Assembly: GCA_038087875.1 (NCBI GenBank)
Contig: CM075989.1
Span: 19,222,001 to 19,286,000, forward strand
Reading direction: 5' to 3'
Source of the DNA: Malacoraja senta
Lineage: Eukaryota
DNA: 64,000 nucleotides
Shown here piece by piece: positions 39,551-52,869 of this stretch. The notes below the pieces were generated by a model, which saw only the letters and a list, made by a program, of their open reading frames with translations, was not told the DNA's origin and ran no database searches. A program made the position numbers and the translations under genes. Every line of letters begins with the position of its first letter. Position 1 is the stretch's first letter.

Positions 39551-39984
39551 CAGTCCTCCCCTCCAGAGATGCTGCCTGTCCCGCTGAATTACTCCAGCTT
39601 TTTGTGTCCACCTTCAGCCATGATCAAATTCTTTTCCCCCACTGTGCAGGCTCGAAGGGCCGAATGGCCTACTCCTGCACCTATTTTCTATGTTTCTATG
39701 TTTCAGTGTGTAACTTCAGCATATGCAGTTCCTTCCTACACTTAAAGGTTCCCCAACTCCCTCGAGAGCCCAGCTCCCCCTTATTTCCACTCTAAGGGTA
39801 CAATTCTACACTCCTCCACACCAGAAATCCCTTCTTCTCCCTGCTCCCATCCAGCAGAAGATACAGAAGTTAGCAAGCACGCACGATCAGACTCAGGGGC
39901 AGTTTCTTTCCCTCTGTTTGGCACGGACGTTACCCAATCATCACTGCTTATTACAGCTGATAGATACTAAATATTTAAATAGTG

Positions 39985-40275
39985 CAGCACGGTGGCGCAG
40001 TGGTAGAGTTGCTGCCACACAGCGCCAGGGACCCGGGTTCGATCCTGACCACGGGTGCTGTCTGTACGGAGTTTGTACTTTTTCCCTGTGACCGTGTGGG
40101 TTTTCTCCGGGTGCTCCGGCTTCCTCCCACACTCCAAAGACGTACAGGTTTGTAGGCCAATTGGCTTCTGTAAATTGTCCCTCGTGTGTAGGGTAGAACT
40201 AGGGCACGGGTGACCATTGGTCGCTGCGGAATAGGTGGGCCGAAGGGCAGGTTTCCACGCTGGAGCTCTAAACTA
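39985..40275 (+). mobile_element. V-SINE (HE1-like), full length
   Basis: A/B boxes, V-domain, tail. Confidence 0.85.
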
Positions 40276-40909
40276 AAGATAGACACGAAAAGCTGAAGTG
40301 ACTCAGTGGGTCAGACTGCATCTCTGGAGAAAAGGAATAGGTGGCGTTTCGGGTCGAGAAACTGAAGTCTGAAGAAGGGTCGCGACCCAAAAATGTCATC
40401 TATTCATTCTCTCCAGAGATGCTGCCTGTCCCGCTGAGTTACTCTAGCTTTTTGCATCTATCTTCGGTTTAAACCGGCGTCTGCAGTTCCTTCCGACACG
40501 TAAGATTTACAAGGATAGCCTGGTGTAATTCTAGTGTTGGTTCATTACCATGGTTACTAGACAAATAAAACGGAGGCCAAAGGAGAGGAGAGGTAGTGAG
40601 AAGCAGCAGCTGGCAGCTCGATCGATCGCCTGCCTTTACACTCTGTTCGTTGGAACTCAATCAGGTGACATTATTTACACGTCAGATACTAGAAAGATGC
40701 ATTCTTTTAACTCATTATTTCAGGTACACGGGAACTCAATAAAGTCAAGGCTGCATCAAATCATTCAAAATATCTGTCTTTTAAAGTTCAAGCTACAATC
40801 TAGTGGACAGCGAGTCTCACCCTGGCCACTCACTCTTCCCCCCCTCACCCAGCAGGCAGAAGAGTATAGAAGTGTGAAAACACACATCTCCAGATTCAGG
40901 GACTATTCC

Positions 40910-41280
40910 TTGACTTCTCTAACTTCAAGTAACCCTTGCTTTTCCTCTCTCTCCATCCCTCCCCCTTCCCAGTTCTCCGACCAGTCTGACTGTCTCCAAC
41001 TACATTTTATCTGTTTGTTTTGTTGTTACCTTCTCCCAGCTAACGATGATCTATTCAACATTTTCCTTGATCTCCATTCCCTTTGTCCTATTTCCACGCC
41101 TGACATTTCCTTATCTCCAGTAAGCATCTCCCCCTCCCCTGACATCAGTCTAAAGAAGGGTCTCAACCCAAAATGTCACCCATTTCTTCTCTCCAGAGAT
41201 GCTGCCTGTCCCGCTGAGTTACTCCAGCATTTTGTGTCTATCTTCGGTTTAAATCATCATCTGCAGTTCCTTTCCTACAC
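40910..41280 (+). mobile_element. Penelope-like 3' end, inserted in a Rex1-type fragment
   Basis: gacttctctaacttcaagtaa (DFSNFK*) followed by the same terminal repeat with a mutated hammerhead. Confidence 0.7.
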
Positions 41281-44200
41281 TGTTTCGTCCCAGCTGTTAT
41301 CAGGCAACTGAATCATCCTACCACAACCAGAGAGCAGTGCTGAACTACCTCTTTGGTGACCCTCAGACTATCCTTGATCGGACTTTGCTAGCTTTACCTT
41401 GCACTAAACATTATATTACCTTATCGTGAATCTACACACTGTACATAGTTTGATTGTAATTGTGTATTGACCTTCTGCTGACTGGATAGCACGCAATAAA
41501 AGCTTTTCACTGTACCTTTAATACACGTGGCATTAATAATAATAATTATGAATAATAATAAACTAAATATTAAAGCAACAGGTAGAATATTGAAGGAAGG
41601 AACTGCAGATGCTGGCTTAAACCAAGATGCTGGAGTAACTGAGTGGGACAGGCAGCATCTCTGGTTGGAAGGAATGGGTGACGTTTCGGGTCAAGACAAC
41701 AGAACTTTGAAATCTATTCAATCGCTCATATTAAAGTGTCTCTGCTTGAATCTGCTGACTCTTAAATACTTAAGCAAGTGTATTCCCAAGTGCAGTCTTC
41801 CAGTTGAGTTACGTGTTGGCCCAGAGAGCCTAGACTGTGCCAGGGGACACCCTCCGGAGTTCAATGGGGCAGTGGACACCTGTGTAGGTTGTTGGACCAG
41901 GTGCCAATACAGCAGGGACAGAGAAACCAATGTACTCCTGGGCCATTCTAATTACAAGCTGAAATGGGTACAGTGAAGATTAACGAGGATGTTGCCAGGA
42001 CTCGAGGGCCTGGGCTATAGGGAGAGGTTGACTCTATTCCAAGGAGCGCAGGAGGATGAGGGGTGATCTTAAAGAGGTGTACAAAATCATGGGAGGAATA
42101 GATTGGGTAAATGCACAGTCTTTTACCCAGAGTTGGGAAATCGAGGACCAGAGGACAGAGGTTCACGGTGAGGGGGGAAAGATTTAATAGGAACCCAAGG
42201 GCTAACTTTTCTTTTACCTAAAAGGTGGTGGGTGTATGAAATGAGTTGCCAGAGGAGGCAGTTGAGGCAGGTGGTATCGCCATGTTTAAGAAACAGTTGG
42301 ACAGGTACATGGATAGGACAGGCCGAGAGGGATATGGGCCACACGCAGGCAGGTGGGACTAGTGTAGATGGGGCAGGTTGGTCGATGTGGGCCGAATTAC
42401 CTGTTTCCACGCTGTACGACTCGTTGACTCAAGTCAGGAAATAAAACCGTATTGAACATAGCCTCAAAGTGCTGGAGTAACTCAGCAGGTCAGGCAGCAT
42501 CTCAGGAGGAAAAGGATGGGTGACGTGTCAGGTCAACGGGAAACAACACCTCACCTTTTTCTCCAGCGATGCTACCTGACCCACTGAGTTACTCCAGCAC
42601 TTTGAGGCTATCTTTGGTATAAACCAGCATCTGCAGTTCTGTCTCTATAACAATGTATTGAACTGTTTCAACTAAATGCATTTTTAGTGCTTTCACTTTT
42701 TTATAGGTTTAAGATGAGAGGGGAGAGATTTAATACGAACCTGAGGGGCAACTTTTTTAGTTTAGAGATACTGCGTGGAAACAGGCCCTTTGGCCCACCA
42801 AGTCCATGCTGACCATCGATCACCCGTACACTAGTTGTATGTTATCCCACGTTTCTACCTTGCACACTGGGGACAATTTGACAGAAGCCAACTAACCTGC
42901 AGCTCTGTGGGAGGATATCGGAGCACATGGAGAAAACCCACGCTGTCACAGGGAGAACGTACAAACTTCGCACAGACAGCACCCGTAGTCAGGATCGAAT
43001 CAGGGTCTCTAGTGCTGCAAGGCAGCTATTCTACCGCTGCACCACTGAGCTAGATAGGGCTCTTAAAGATAGCAGAGTCAGGGGATATGGGGAGTAGGCA
43101 GGAACGGGATACTGATCACAGCCATGATCACATTGAACAGCCGTGCTGGCTCGAAGGGCCGAATGGCCTACTCCTGCACCTATTGTCTATTGTCTGCCTA
43201 ACAGAGTGATGTCACACAGAGAGTGCAATGAGCTACTGGAGAAGGGAGTTGAGAAAGATCCAATAAAAAAACATTTCAACAGGTGGATAGGAAAGGTTTA
43301 GAAAGATAATGGGCCAAATAGGAGAAATTGGAACTAACTTAGATGGGGCATCTTGGCCTGCATGGAGTTGGGCCGAAGGGCCTGTTACCGTGCAGTATGT
43401 CTCTATGCCCACTGACGTCATAGTTCACCCTCCTTATCCTAAGAGGGTGCATGTACTGAATCACTCTCTCCCATTCTCAGGGTGATAGGACCAAGCGGGG
43501 AGAAAACGCACACATCTGGTGCTCCTGAGAATGGTGACGTTTTCAACACAGAAAATCTAAAAAAGGAGTTAAAAACTATAAATAAAAAGTTTCGATCATT
43601 TTCAACATGAAGCTGTAGTTCAGATGTCGACAGTGAAGTCCAGGAAAGGAAGGTATTCGAGAACCAGAGCAAGATGTTCTTCTACCATTTAATTTCTCCA
43701 AAAAAATAAATCCTGGCACCTCTTGCGTGGGATTTGGAGCCGGGCCCTGGACGATGAAGCTCAGCGATTACGAAGTCGTATCTGACAGCGTTCCGGGCAT
43801 TTATATGCGCTTGGAATGACCTTTAGGTCACTCCTTCAGAAGCAAGAATCCAATGATTCTCTACAGCCGATTTCCAGGCCACTTAAAGGACCCTCCAGAC
43901 CAGCTATTAGTTTAGTTTAGTTGACAGATACAGCATGGAAACAGGCCCTTCAACCCACTGTGTCCATGCCGACCACGATCACCCCATTCACTAATTCTAT
44001 CCTACGCATTAAGGGCAATTTACAGATGGCCAATTAACCTACAAACTGGAGGAAACTCATGCGGTCACAGGGAGAACGTGCAAACTCCGTACAGACCGCA
44101 CCCATATTCAGGATCGAACCAGGGTCTCTGGTGCTGTAAGGCAGCAACTCAACCGCTGCGCCACCGTGCTGCCCTAAGGTGTTATCAGCACCTTAACGTA

Positions 44201-45090
44201 TTTACTCATGAGTACACTGTATATTCACCGTATCCCCCACACCATCGCCAACTCCCACACCAAAAGCACCCAATACTTACCCACCACCCACCCACTGATC
44301 ACCTCAGTGGTCCCCCCACCAAACAGCTGCACCTCAGTCTCCCCGTCCCCAACTCCAGACCCCAGTCCCTTGACTAAACCACAGCCTAGGACTCTCCTGC
44401 CATCCTTCGCTCTGCACCGTTGCAAGTGCACAAAGGTCTATTGCCAAGCGGCAGACACACAAACGGGAGCACTGTTGTACAACCACTGGTCTCCACCAGC
44501 CTGCTCAGTCAGTAATTACACAAGCAGTTTGCATGCCATCCAGTCAAATCAAATTAAGCCGCACAAAGGGACAACAGGTAGTGCAACGAGAAGAATTCCA
44601 GAGTGCAGAATATACCATTACATCATGGAAGCAAAACATTTACAGAGAAAAGGTCCAAGGTCCACAATGAGGTAGGGTGGAAGATCGGGACAACTCCCTA
44701 GCTTATGGGAGGGCCGTTCGGTAGTCTGATAACACTGGGGAAGAAGCTGTACTTGAATCTTTCTTGTTGGATCTTCATCCTAATACAGATCTAGATCCAC
44801 GTACAGACCCACAACTAATTTTCCGGCACAACTTGGTTTCAGACGGTTGCTGGATTATCCATTTTGCCAGACCAACAGACATCACGTAATAATGAAAAAA
44901 CCACACACTCCCGAGTCACTAATTGTACCCCTTCCCGTGTCTGCTAGAAACTTAAAGAAAACAAATATTAAATGTACATTAAACGTGCTTACGCTTGACA
45001 CCACAACTGTCACCAGAATCAAAGCTTAAAAGCCATAGCTAGAGTTACATGTAAGCAAAATGGGCGACACAGTAGCGCAGCGGCAGAGTT

Positions 45091-45486
45091 AAAAAAAATT
45101 TTTTATTAGAAGCAATTGTACAAGGAGAAAGTAATCGACATAACAATTATACAATTTTCGTACAGCGTCAATTTTAACATTTTTATAAACTAATAACTTA
45201 ATCGGAAAAAAAGAAAAAGGAAAAAAGGGAAAGAAAGAAGAAAAGAAAAAGAAAAGAAAGAATTTCGAGAAAGACACGAAAAAGAAAAAAGAAAACCCCC
45301 AGAACTAACGAAGACGTGAAAGAAGTGGAGATATATCCCACTGCCCTTCCATACCCCCGCTCACCCGACCCTAGCGTCGGTTTTGAGTTTGTGTTCAACC
45401 ATTATGTTGTTGAAGAAATTCAATAAAAGGAGACCAATTTTTGGAAAATTGATCTGGTTTGTCAGTCAAGACGAGCCTTATTTTTT
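45091..45486 (-). mobile_element. L1-clade LINE 3' end inserted in the head of a V-SINE
   Basis: Minus strand KIRLVLTDKPDQFSKNWSPFIEFLQQHNG*, T-rich 3'UTR, AATAAA plus A-tail; diverged 21-bp duplication at the flanks. Confidence 0.65.
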
Positions 45487-47519
45487 CAGCGGTGCAGCGG
45501 TAGAGTTGTTGCCTGACAGAGCTTGCAGCGCCGGTTCGATCCCAACTACGGTGCTGTCTGTACGGAGTTTGTACTTTCTCCCTGTGACCTGCGTGGGTTT
45601 TCTCCGAGGTCTTCGGTTTCCGGTGCAGGTTTGTAGGTTAATTTGCTTGGTTATAAATGTGAATTGTCCCTAGTGTGTGTAGGATAGTGTTAGTGTGCGG
45701 GGATCGCTGGTCGGTGCCGACTCGGCGGGCCTGTTTCCAGGCTCTATCTCCAAACTAAACTAAACTACAAACAAAATAAGCTAAGACTTTCACAAACCAC
45801 TATCACCAACAACTGTAGATGTAAACAAATAACTCTTTCGAGACGGGGAGACACGGCCTGAAAGAGCAGCGCCACGCACAGCGCCACCTGTGGCTGCCCA
45901 TGGGGTTTCAAGTGCGCTCTCGTCATTTTGTCCGGAGTAAGGGAGGTGCCGGACCACCAGTTGTCGGACAATCAGTGGTGGACCTGTAATGACTTCCCTC
46001 TCAGACAACGCCAACCATCTTTCTTGCCTGACAGCTTTAATGATGTGGAGAAACATCATCAGGATATTTGCTTCTCAATCGCTTAATTCAGGGACATTGA
46101 GGTGAAGCAAAAGGGTTTTTTTAGGGCCAGATAACTGGGACGTAAAAATCTTTTGCAGCAGAATATGCAGAGTCCTACAGTATGCAGAAAGGCCCTTCGG
46201 CCCAACTTGCTCACGCCAACCAACATGCCCCATCTGCACTAGTCCCCCTTGCCTGCATTTGGCCCATGTCCCTCTCAACCTGTCCTATCCATGTACCTGT
46301 CCAAATGCTTCTTAAACATTGCGATAGTCCCTGCCTCAACTATCCCCTCCGGCAGCCTCGTTCCATGCAGCCACCATTCTTTGTGTAAAATAGTTACCTC
46401 TCAGGTTCCCATTAAATCTTCCCTCCTTCACCTTAAACCCATGTCCCCTGGTTCATGATTCCCTTTCTCTAGGCAGAAGACTCCGTGCGTTTACCCGATC
46501 TAATCCTCGCATGACTTTGCGCACCTCTATAAGATCAACCCTCATCCTGCTGTGTCACATAAGGTCCTAGCCTGCTCAACCTATCCCAATAGCTCAATCC
46601 CTTGAATCCTGGCAACATCCTCGTAAATCTTCTCAGCCTTCCTTCTGGCTCGATAACATCTTTCCAATAACATGGTGACCAAAACTGAACACAATACACT
46701 CGCTAACGTCTTATATAACTGCAACATGACCTCCCAACAACTACTCAATACTCAACGCAGAGAAAGTTACATTGGGGAAAATTAAAATAACCACCCACTC
46801 AAATGTGTGACAGTGTGAATCACAGACATTTTCATCGTTGGGTGTGGTGCTCCCTGAGAATGAGGAAAGCAGGAATATTCTACAAATTTGTCTCGTGGCA
46901 TCACACACAGAGAATGGTGGAGCCATTCAACTAACCCATTGGGCATCGACCAAGTTCATTATGTAAAATAAAGGCACAAAATGTTGGAGTAACTCAGCAG
47001 GTCAGGCAGCAGACCGAAGAGACCCGACCCGAAACGTCACCTATCCGTGTTCTTCAGATATGCTGCCTGACTTGCTGAGTTACTCCAGCACTTTGTGCCA
47101 TTGCTATGCTGAATGACACTGACTCTAAAAGGTGCACCACTCTCTGTAGTTAACACGTATAGAAAGGAACTGCAGATGCTGGTTTAAACCGAAGACAGAC
47201 ACAAAAAGCTGGAGTAACTCAGCGAGACCGACAAGGAATGGGTTACGTTTTGGCTCTTCAGTCTGCTGCCTGGCCTACTGAGTTACTCCAGCGCTTTGTG
47301 CCTTTATTCTACATAATGAACTTGGTCGGAAACATCACCTATTGTTTCTCTCCAGAGTTGCTGCCTGTCCCCCTGAGTTACTCCAGCTTTTTGTGTCTAT
47401 CTTCTGCAGTTAACATTACTGGGATTCATTTTTCATTCCAGAGTTTTGCAATGGCTTGGATTTAAATTATATCTCGTGGGGTTCAAGCTTTTGTCCTGAG
47501 ATCAAGGGGGGCCCCAGAC

Positions 47520-47690
47520 CTCTCAGAGGTTCCATACTTTATGTATGTATGCTATATGTATGTAATTATGTATGTACTTAATCTATGAACCACTGTTGTA
47601 TAACGTTAGTACCTCCACCAATGTAAAGCACTTTGGTCAACGAGAGTTGTTTTTTTAAATGTGCTATAGAAATAAAAGTGACTTGACTTG
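47520..47690 (+). mobile_element. L2-like LINE 3' tail
   Basis: tgtaaagcactttgg...aaatgtgctatagaaataaa followed by (gactt)n. Confidence 0.5.
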
Positions 47691-48474
47691 ATACTTTAAC
47701 TGCTAACATAGTTACTGAGCAAGTTGGTGGAGATGCATGGCTGTACAACAGTGCTCCAGTTTGTGTGTCTTCAGCTTGGAGATAGAGTCGTGCGAGAGGC
47801 CTTTGTGCACTGCAGAGCGAAGGATGGCAGGAGAGTCCTAGGCTGTGGTTTAGTCCAGGGTCCAGGTGATGGAGGTAGGACGGAGAATTGGTACAGTTGT
47901 TTGGTGGTGGGGAGGGGGGGGGGGAAGTTTGCAGTAACCACTGGGGTGATCAGTGGGTGGGTGCTGGGTGCTTGGGTGAGCACTGCATGCTTTTGGTGTG
48001 GGAGATGGCGATGGAGTGACAATAGACAATAGACAAAAGGTGCAGGAGTAGGCCATTCGGCCCTTCGAGCCAGCACCGCCATTCAATGTGATCATCGCTG
48101 ATCATCCCCAATCAGTACCCCATTCCTGCCTTCTCCCCATATCCCCTGACTCCGCTATTTTTAAGAGCTCTCTCTTGAAAGCATCCAGAGAACCTGCCTC
48201 CACCGCCCTCTGGGGCAGAGAATTCCACAGACTCACCACTCTCTGTGAGAAAAAGTGTTTCCTCGTCTCCGTTCTAAATGGCTTACTCCTTATTCTTAAA
48301 ATGGTGGGGTGGGGGGGGAGATACAGTGACTATAAACAACAGCTAACTTAGTTACTAAACAAACTGGTGGACAATGGTAGTCAGAAAGCAATGGACACTA
48401 ACCAAATAAATGAGATATGACCGATAGCTTCCTAACAAAAGGGATGGTTTTAAAAGGAGGAAAGAAGAATAAAG

Positions 48475-48768
48475 GGCGGCACAGTGGTGCAGCGGTAGAG
48501 TTGCTGCCTCACAGCCAGAGAGACCAGGGTTCGATCCTGACTATAGGTGCTCTCTGTACGGAGTTCGTACGTTCTCCCCGTGACCTGCGTGGGTTTTCTC
48601 CGGGATCCCCGGTTTCTTCCCACTCCAAAGACGTACAGGTTTTAGGTTAATTGGCTTCGGTAAAATTGTAAATTGTCCCTAGTTCGTGGATGGTGCTAGT
48701 GTGTGGGGACCGCTGGTCAGCAGGGACTCGGTGGGCCGAAGGGCCTGTTTCCGCGCTGTATCTCTAAA
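48475..48768 (+). mobile_element. V-SINE (HE1-like), full length
   Basis: A/B boxes, V-domain, tail. Confidence 0.85.
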
Positions 48769-48979
48769 GAATGAAGAGCCTGCAGAGTTTGGGGCAGAAA
48801 GAATGAGATCTAGAGACTGCGGATAGAAAAGGGGGAGAGTTCAGAACGATGAAAAGTTGGAGTTCCGTGTACAATCATTTAATTTTGGACTGAAAGCTTA
48901 ATCCCAGTCAGGCTTACTGATTATTTGAACTGGGTTTGAATTGTTTGAAGACCTGATGAGTTATAGAGCTGTGGAGCAC

Positions 48980-49013
48980 GGTCTGAAGAAGGGTTCCGAC
49001 TCGAAACGTCACC
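48980..49013 (+). ncRNA. Hammerhead motif (intact core)
   Basis: ggt-CTGAAGA-A-GGGTT cc GACTC-GAAA-cg-TC-acc; stem II retained through G-U pairs. Confidence 0.55.
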
Positions 49014-51459
49014 CATCCTTGTTCTCCAGAGTTGCTGCCCGACTTGCTGAATTACCCCAACACTGTGCGTATATCTTCAGCACGGAAACAGGCCCTTTGA
49101 CCCACGTTGTCCGTGCCGACCTCTTTGGTACACTCGTTCTAACCCCATTTGCCTGCATTTGGCCCATAGCCATCTAAACCCTTCCTTTCAAAAGCTGTAA
49201 TCGTATCTCTAATGCAATCCGCTTCTGCAGCCTCCTCTGGCAGTTCTTTCCAGATATGGACTACTCTACAATTGAAAAGGTTACCAAGTCAAGTTTATCA
49301 AGTCAAGTCAAGTTTATTCATCACATACACATACGAGATGTGCAGTGAAATGAAAAGTGGCAATGCTCGCGAATTGTGCAAAAAAAACAAACCCAAACAA
49401 ACTACAAACAGAATGGAACAGAATCACACATTCTTTTTCATATTAAATATTGTGGGAGGAAGGAAAAAGGAAAAAAAACAGCAATTTCCCAGTTCCCTCT
49501 TTACTCTCTTCCCTTTCACTTTAAGCCTACGCCCTCGCATTTTAGAACCCTCTACTCCCGGGGGAAAAAGACTGTGAATGTGAGCGTTCACTTTATCCAT
49601 TCCATGCCCCTCATGATCTTGCACACCTCAATCAGACCACCCCCTCAGCCTTCAGTGAAATAAGTCCCAGTCTATTCAACCTTTCCCTGACACTATAAGT
49701 CCAAGTAACATCCTGGTGAATGTCTTCTGCACCCTCTCCAACTTAATGGCTTCCTTCCTATATCTGGATGACCAGAACTCCACATAGTACTCCAAGTGTG
49801 GCCTCACCAACGACTTGTACATCACAATGTCCTGTATGTCCACGCGAGGTTACTGGGATGAGACCTCTGTGTGTGGGGATCCCTGGTCGGCATGGACTCA
49901 GTGGGCCGAAGGGCCTTTTTCTGCGCTGTATCTCTAAACTAAACTAAGTGACTGCCATAAATGTTTGGGAAAGTGGCCCCGTGCAGTCTGTGAATAGTGT
50001 CGCCTAGGTGTGGTTTGTAGATGAGTCATAGAAAAGTGGCAAGTGTAAAAGACTTGAGATCACCGCAGATGAAAAGGTGCAGTGATTGAGTGAGTCACCA
50101 TTGCTAAACAGGCCGGGCTACAATGGGATGACAAGGTGAAACCATTCCACTTAGAAGATCGACAAGGAAAGGAACCTCAGTCGGCATGTCACTCATGTCA
50201 TAGCAAGTTCTTCACAGCAAGGACTAGGTAGCACAGTGGTAGAGTTGCTGCCTTACAGCGCCAGAGACCTGGGTTCGATCCCGACCACAGGTGCTGTCTG
50301 TATGGAGTTTGTACATTCTCCTCGTGACCTGCGTGGGTTTTCTCAGGGACCTCCCTCCGGTTTTCTCCCACACTCCAAAGACGTCCAGGTTTGTAGGTTT
50401 ATTGGCCTGGTATACCCGTAAAATTGTCTCTAGTGTGTATAGGATAGTGTTAGTGTACGGGGATGGCTGGTCTGCGTAGACTCGGTGGACCGAAGGGCCC
50501 GTTTCCACGCTATATTTCTAACCCAAACTAAACAAAGGAGGGTGCTCATCATGAACTTGAATAGGTACTCGTGATTGGGATGAGAAAATGTGTTTAAACA
50601 GTCTGAAGAAGGGTGAATATATATTAGCATCTGTGGAAGGAACATTTCGGGTCAGGACCCTTCTTCAGACTAAAGATTCTGAAAAGGGATCCTGACCTGA
50701 AACATCATCTCTTCATGTTCTCCAGAGATGCTGCCTGAACCACTGAGTTATCCCAGCATTTTTTGGCTTAAAACCCCCCCACAGCATCTGCAGTTCCTAG
50801 TGTCTATATGGGAGATAACATATCATAAAAATAAAATTAATTAATAAACCTAATGTTTGTGCAAAAAAACATCCAAAGTCCTTGGTGCCATTTTCACTGC
50901 CAAGTACCCTCCCTCCTTCACCTGTGCTAATCTATCACTTGCCAGGTGGACACAAAATGCTGGAGAAACTCAGCAGGTGAGGAAGCACCCATGGAGAGAA
51001 GGAATTCTGAGACCTATGGCCTCTGGTCCTAGACTCTCCCACTAGTGGAAACATCCTCTCCACGTCCACTCTATCCGGGCCTTTCACTATTCGGTGTATC
51101 AATGTGTTCCCCCCTCACCCTTCTAAAGTCCAGTGAGCAAAGGCCCAGTGCCATCAAACGCTCATCATACATTAACCCAATCATTCTTGGGATCATTCTC
51201 GTCAATCTCCTTTAGACCATCTCCAGCACCAGCACATCCTTCCTCAATATGGGGCCCAAAATTGCACACAATACTCCAAATGCAGTCTGACCAGCACCTT
51301 ATAAAGCCTCAGCATTACATTCTAGTTATTTGGTTTAATTTAGAGATACAGCGCGGAAACAGGCCCTTCGGCCCACCGAGTCCGCACTGACCGACGATCC
51401 CCGCACACTAACACCATCCTACACATATTAGGGACAATTTACAATTATACCAAGCCAAT

Positions 51460-51807
51460 TCTACCTGCACACCTGTATACTTGCGCACCTGTATACCTGC
51501 ACACCTGCATACCTACACACCTGCATACCTGCACACCTGCACACCTGCATACCTACACACCTGCATAGCTACACACCTGCATACCTACACACCTGCATAG
51601 CTACACACCTGCATAGCTACACACCTGCATAGCTACACACCTGCATAGCTGCACACCTGCATAGCTGCACACCTGCATAGCTACACACCTGCATAGCTAC
51701 ACACCTGCATAGCTACACACCTGCATAGCTACACACCTGTATAGCTACACACCTGTATACCTACACACCTGTATACCTACACACCTGTATACCTACACAC
51801 CTGTATG
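51460..51807. repeat. 16-bp minisatellite (ctgcatagctacacac)n, copy 1
   Basis: Perfect and variant 16-mer tandem array with no spacers. Confidence 0.95.
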
Positions 51808-52027
51808 CTACCATCCTCTGTGTGAAAAACTCTGGTTCCTAGTAAATCTTTCCCCTCTCACCTTAAATCTGTGTTCTATGGACCACTATTTCCCCTATAA
51901 TCTGCTACACCTTCATATGATCACCCCCTCAACCTCCTGCGCTTCCAGCAATCGGTGAGTGGAAATAGACCGATGGTATACCTACACACCTGTATGTCTT
52001 TGGAGTGTGGGATTTCTACCTGCCAAT

Positions 52028-52351
52028 TCTACCTGCACACCTGTATACTTGCACACCTGCATACCTACACACCTGCATACCTACACACCTGCATAGCTAC
52101 ACACCTGCATAGCTACACACCTGCATAGCTACACACCTGCATAGCTACACACCTGCATAGCTACACACCTGCATAGCTACACACCTGCATAGCTACACAC
52201 CTGCATAGCTACACACCTGCATAGCTACACACCTGCATAGCTACACACCTGCATAGCTACACACCTGTATACCTACACACCTGTATACCTACACACCTGT
52301 ATACCTACACACCTGTATACCTACACACCTGTATACCTACACACCTGTATG
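52028..52351. repeat. 16-bp minisatellite, copy 2
   Basis: Same unit, different variant order and count. Confidence 0.95.
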
Positions 52352-52773
52352 CTACCATCCTCTGTGTGAAAAACTCTGGTTCCTAGTAAATCTTTCCCCT
52401 CTCACCTTAAATCTGTGTTCTATGGACCACTATTTCCCCTATAATCTGCTACACCTTCATATGATCACCCCCTCAACCTCCTGCGCTTCCAGCAATCGGT
52501 GAGTGGAAATAGACCGATGGTATACCTACACACCTGTATGTCTTTGGAGTGTGGGAGAAAACCAGGGATCCCGGGGAAAACCCACGCAGGTCACGGGGAG
52601 AACGTACAAAACTCCATACAGACGGCACCCGTGGTCAGGATCGAACCAACTTTACAGCCGCGCCCACCTCTCGAAAAATAAATGCTAGCATCCCATTCAC
52701 CTTCCTTACTACCGAGTCGATTCGTATCAAATCTGTATTCGTATCGTATCGGATCTGGGGATCCTGGTTCATC

Positions 52774-52807
52774 AGTCTGAAGAAGGGTTTCGGCCCGAAA
52801 CGTTACC
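52774..52807 (+). ncRNA. Hammerhead motif (intact core, 2-bp stem I)
   Basis: agt-CTGAAGA-A-GGGTT tc GGCCC-GAAA-cg-TT-acc. Confidence 0.5.
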
Positions 52808-52869
52808 TATTTCCTTCGCTCCATAGATGCTGCTGCACCCGCTGAGTTTCTCCAGCATTTTTGTGTACC

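Larger units (their letters stand above)
38870..39615. mobile_element. Two Penelope-like 3' ends joined in inverted (divergent) orientation at about 39287
   Basis: Minus arm EEQHLI... to hammerhead at 38989-39022; plus arm [11 protein letters not shown] to hammerhead at 39517-39550. Confidence 0.75.

Noticed and set aside
40550..41311. 253-aa ORF as a novel gene
   Set aside because: Chance read-through across unique DNA, a Rex1 fragment and a Penelope terminal repeat; no coherent domain or splice structure.
51460..52351. CRISPR-like array
   Set aside because: Contiguous 16-bp units with no unique spacers, in a vertebrate intron and derived from SINE sequence; it is a minisatellite.
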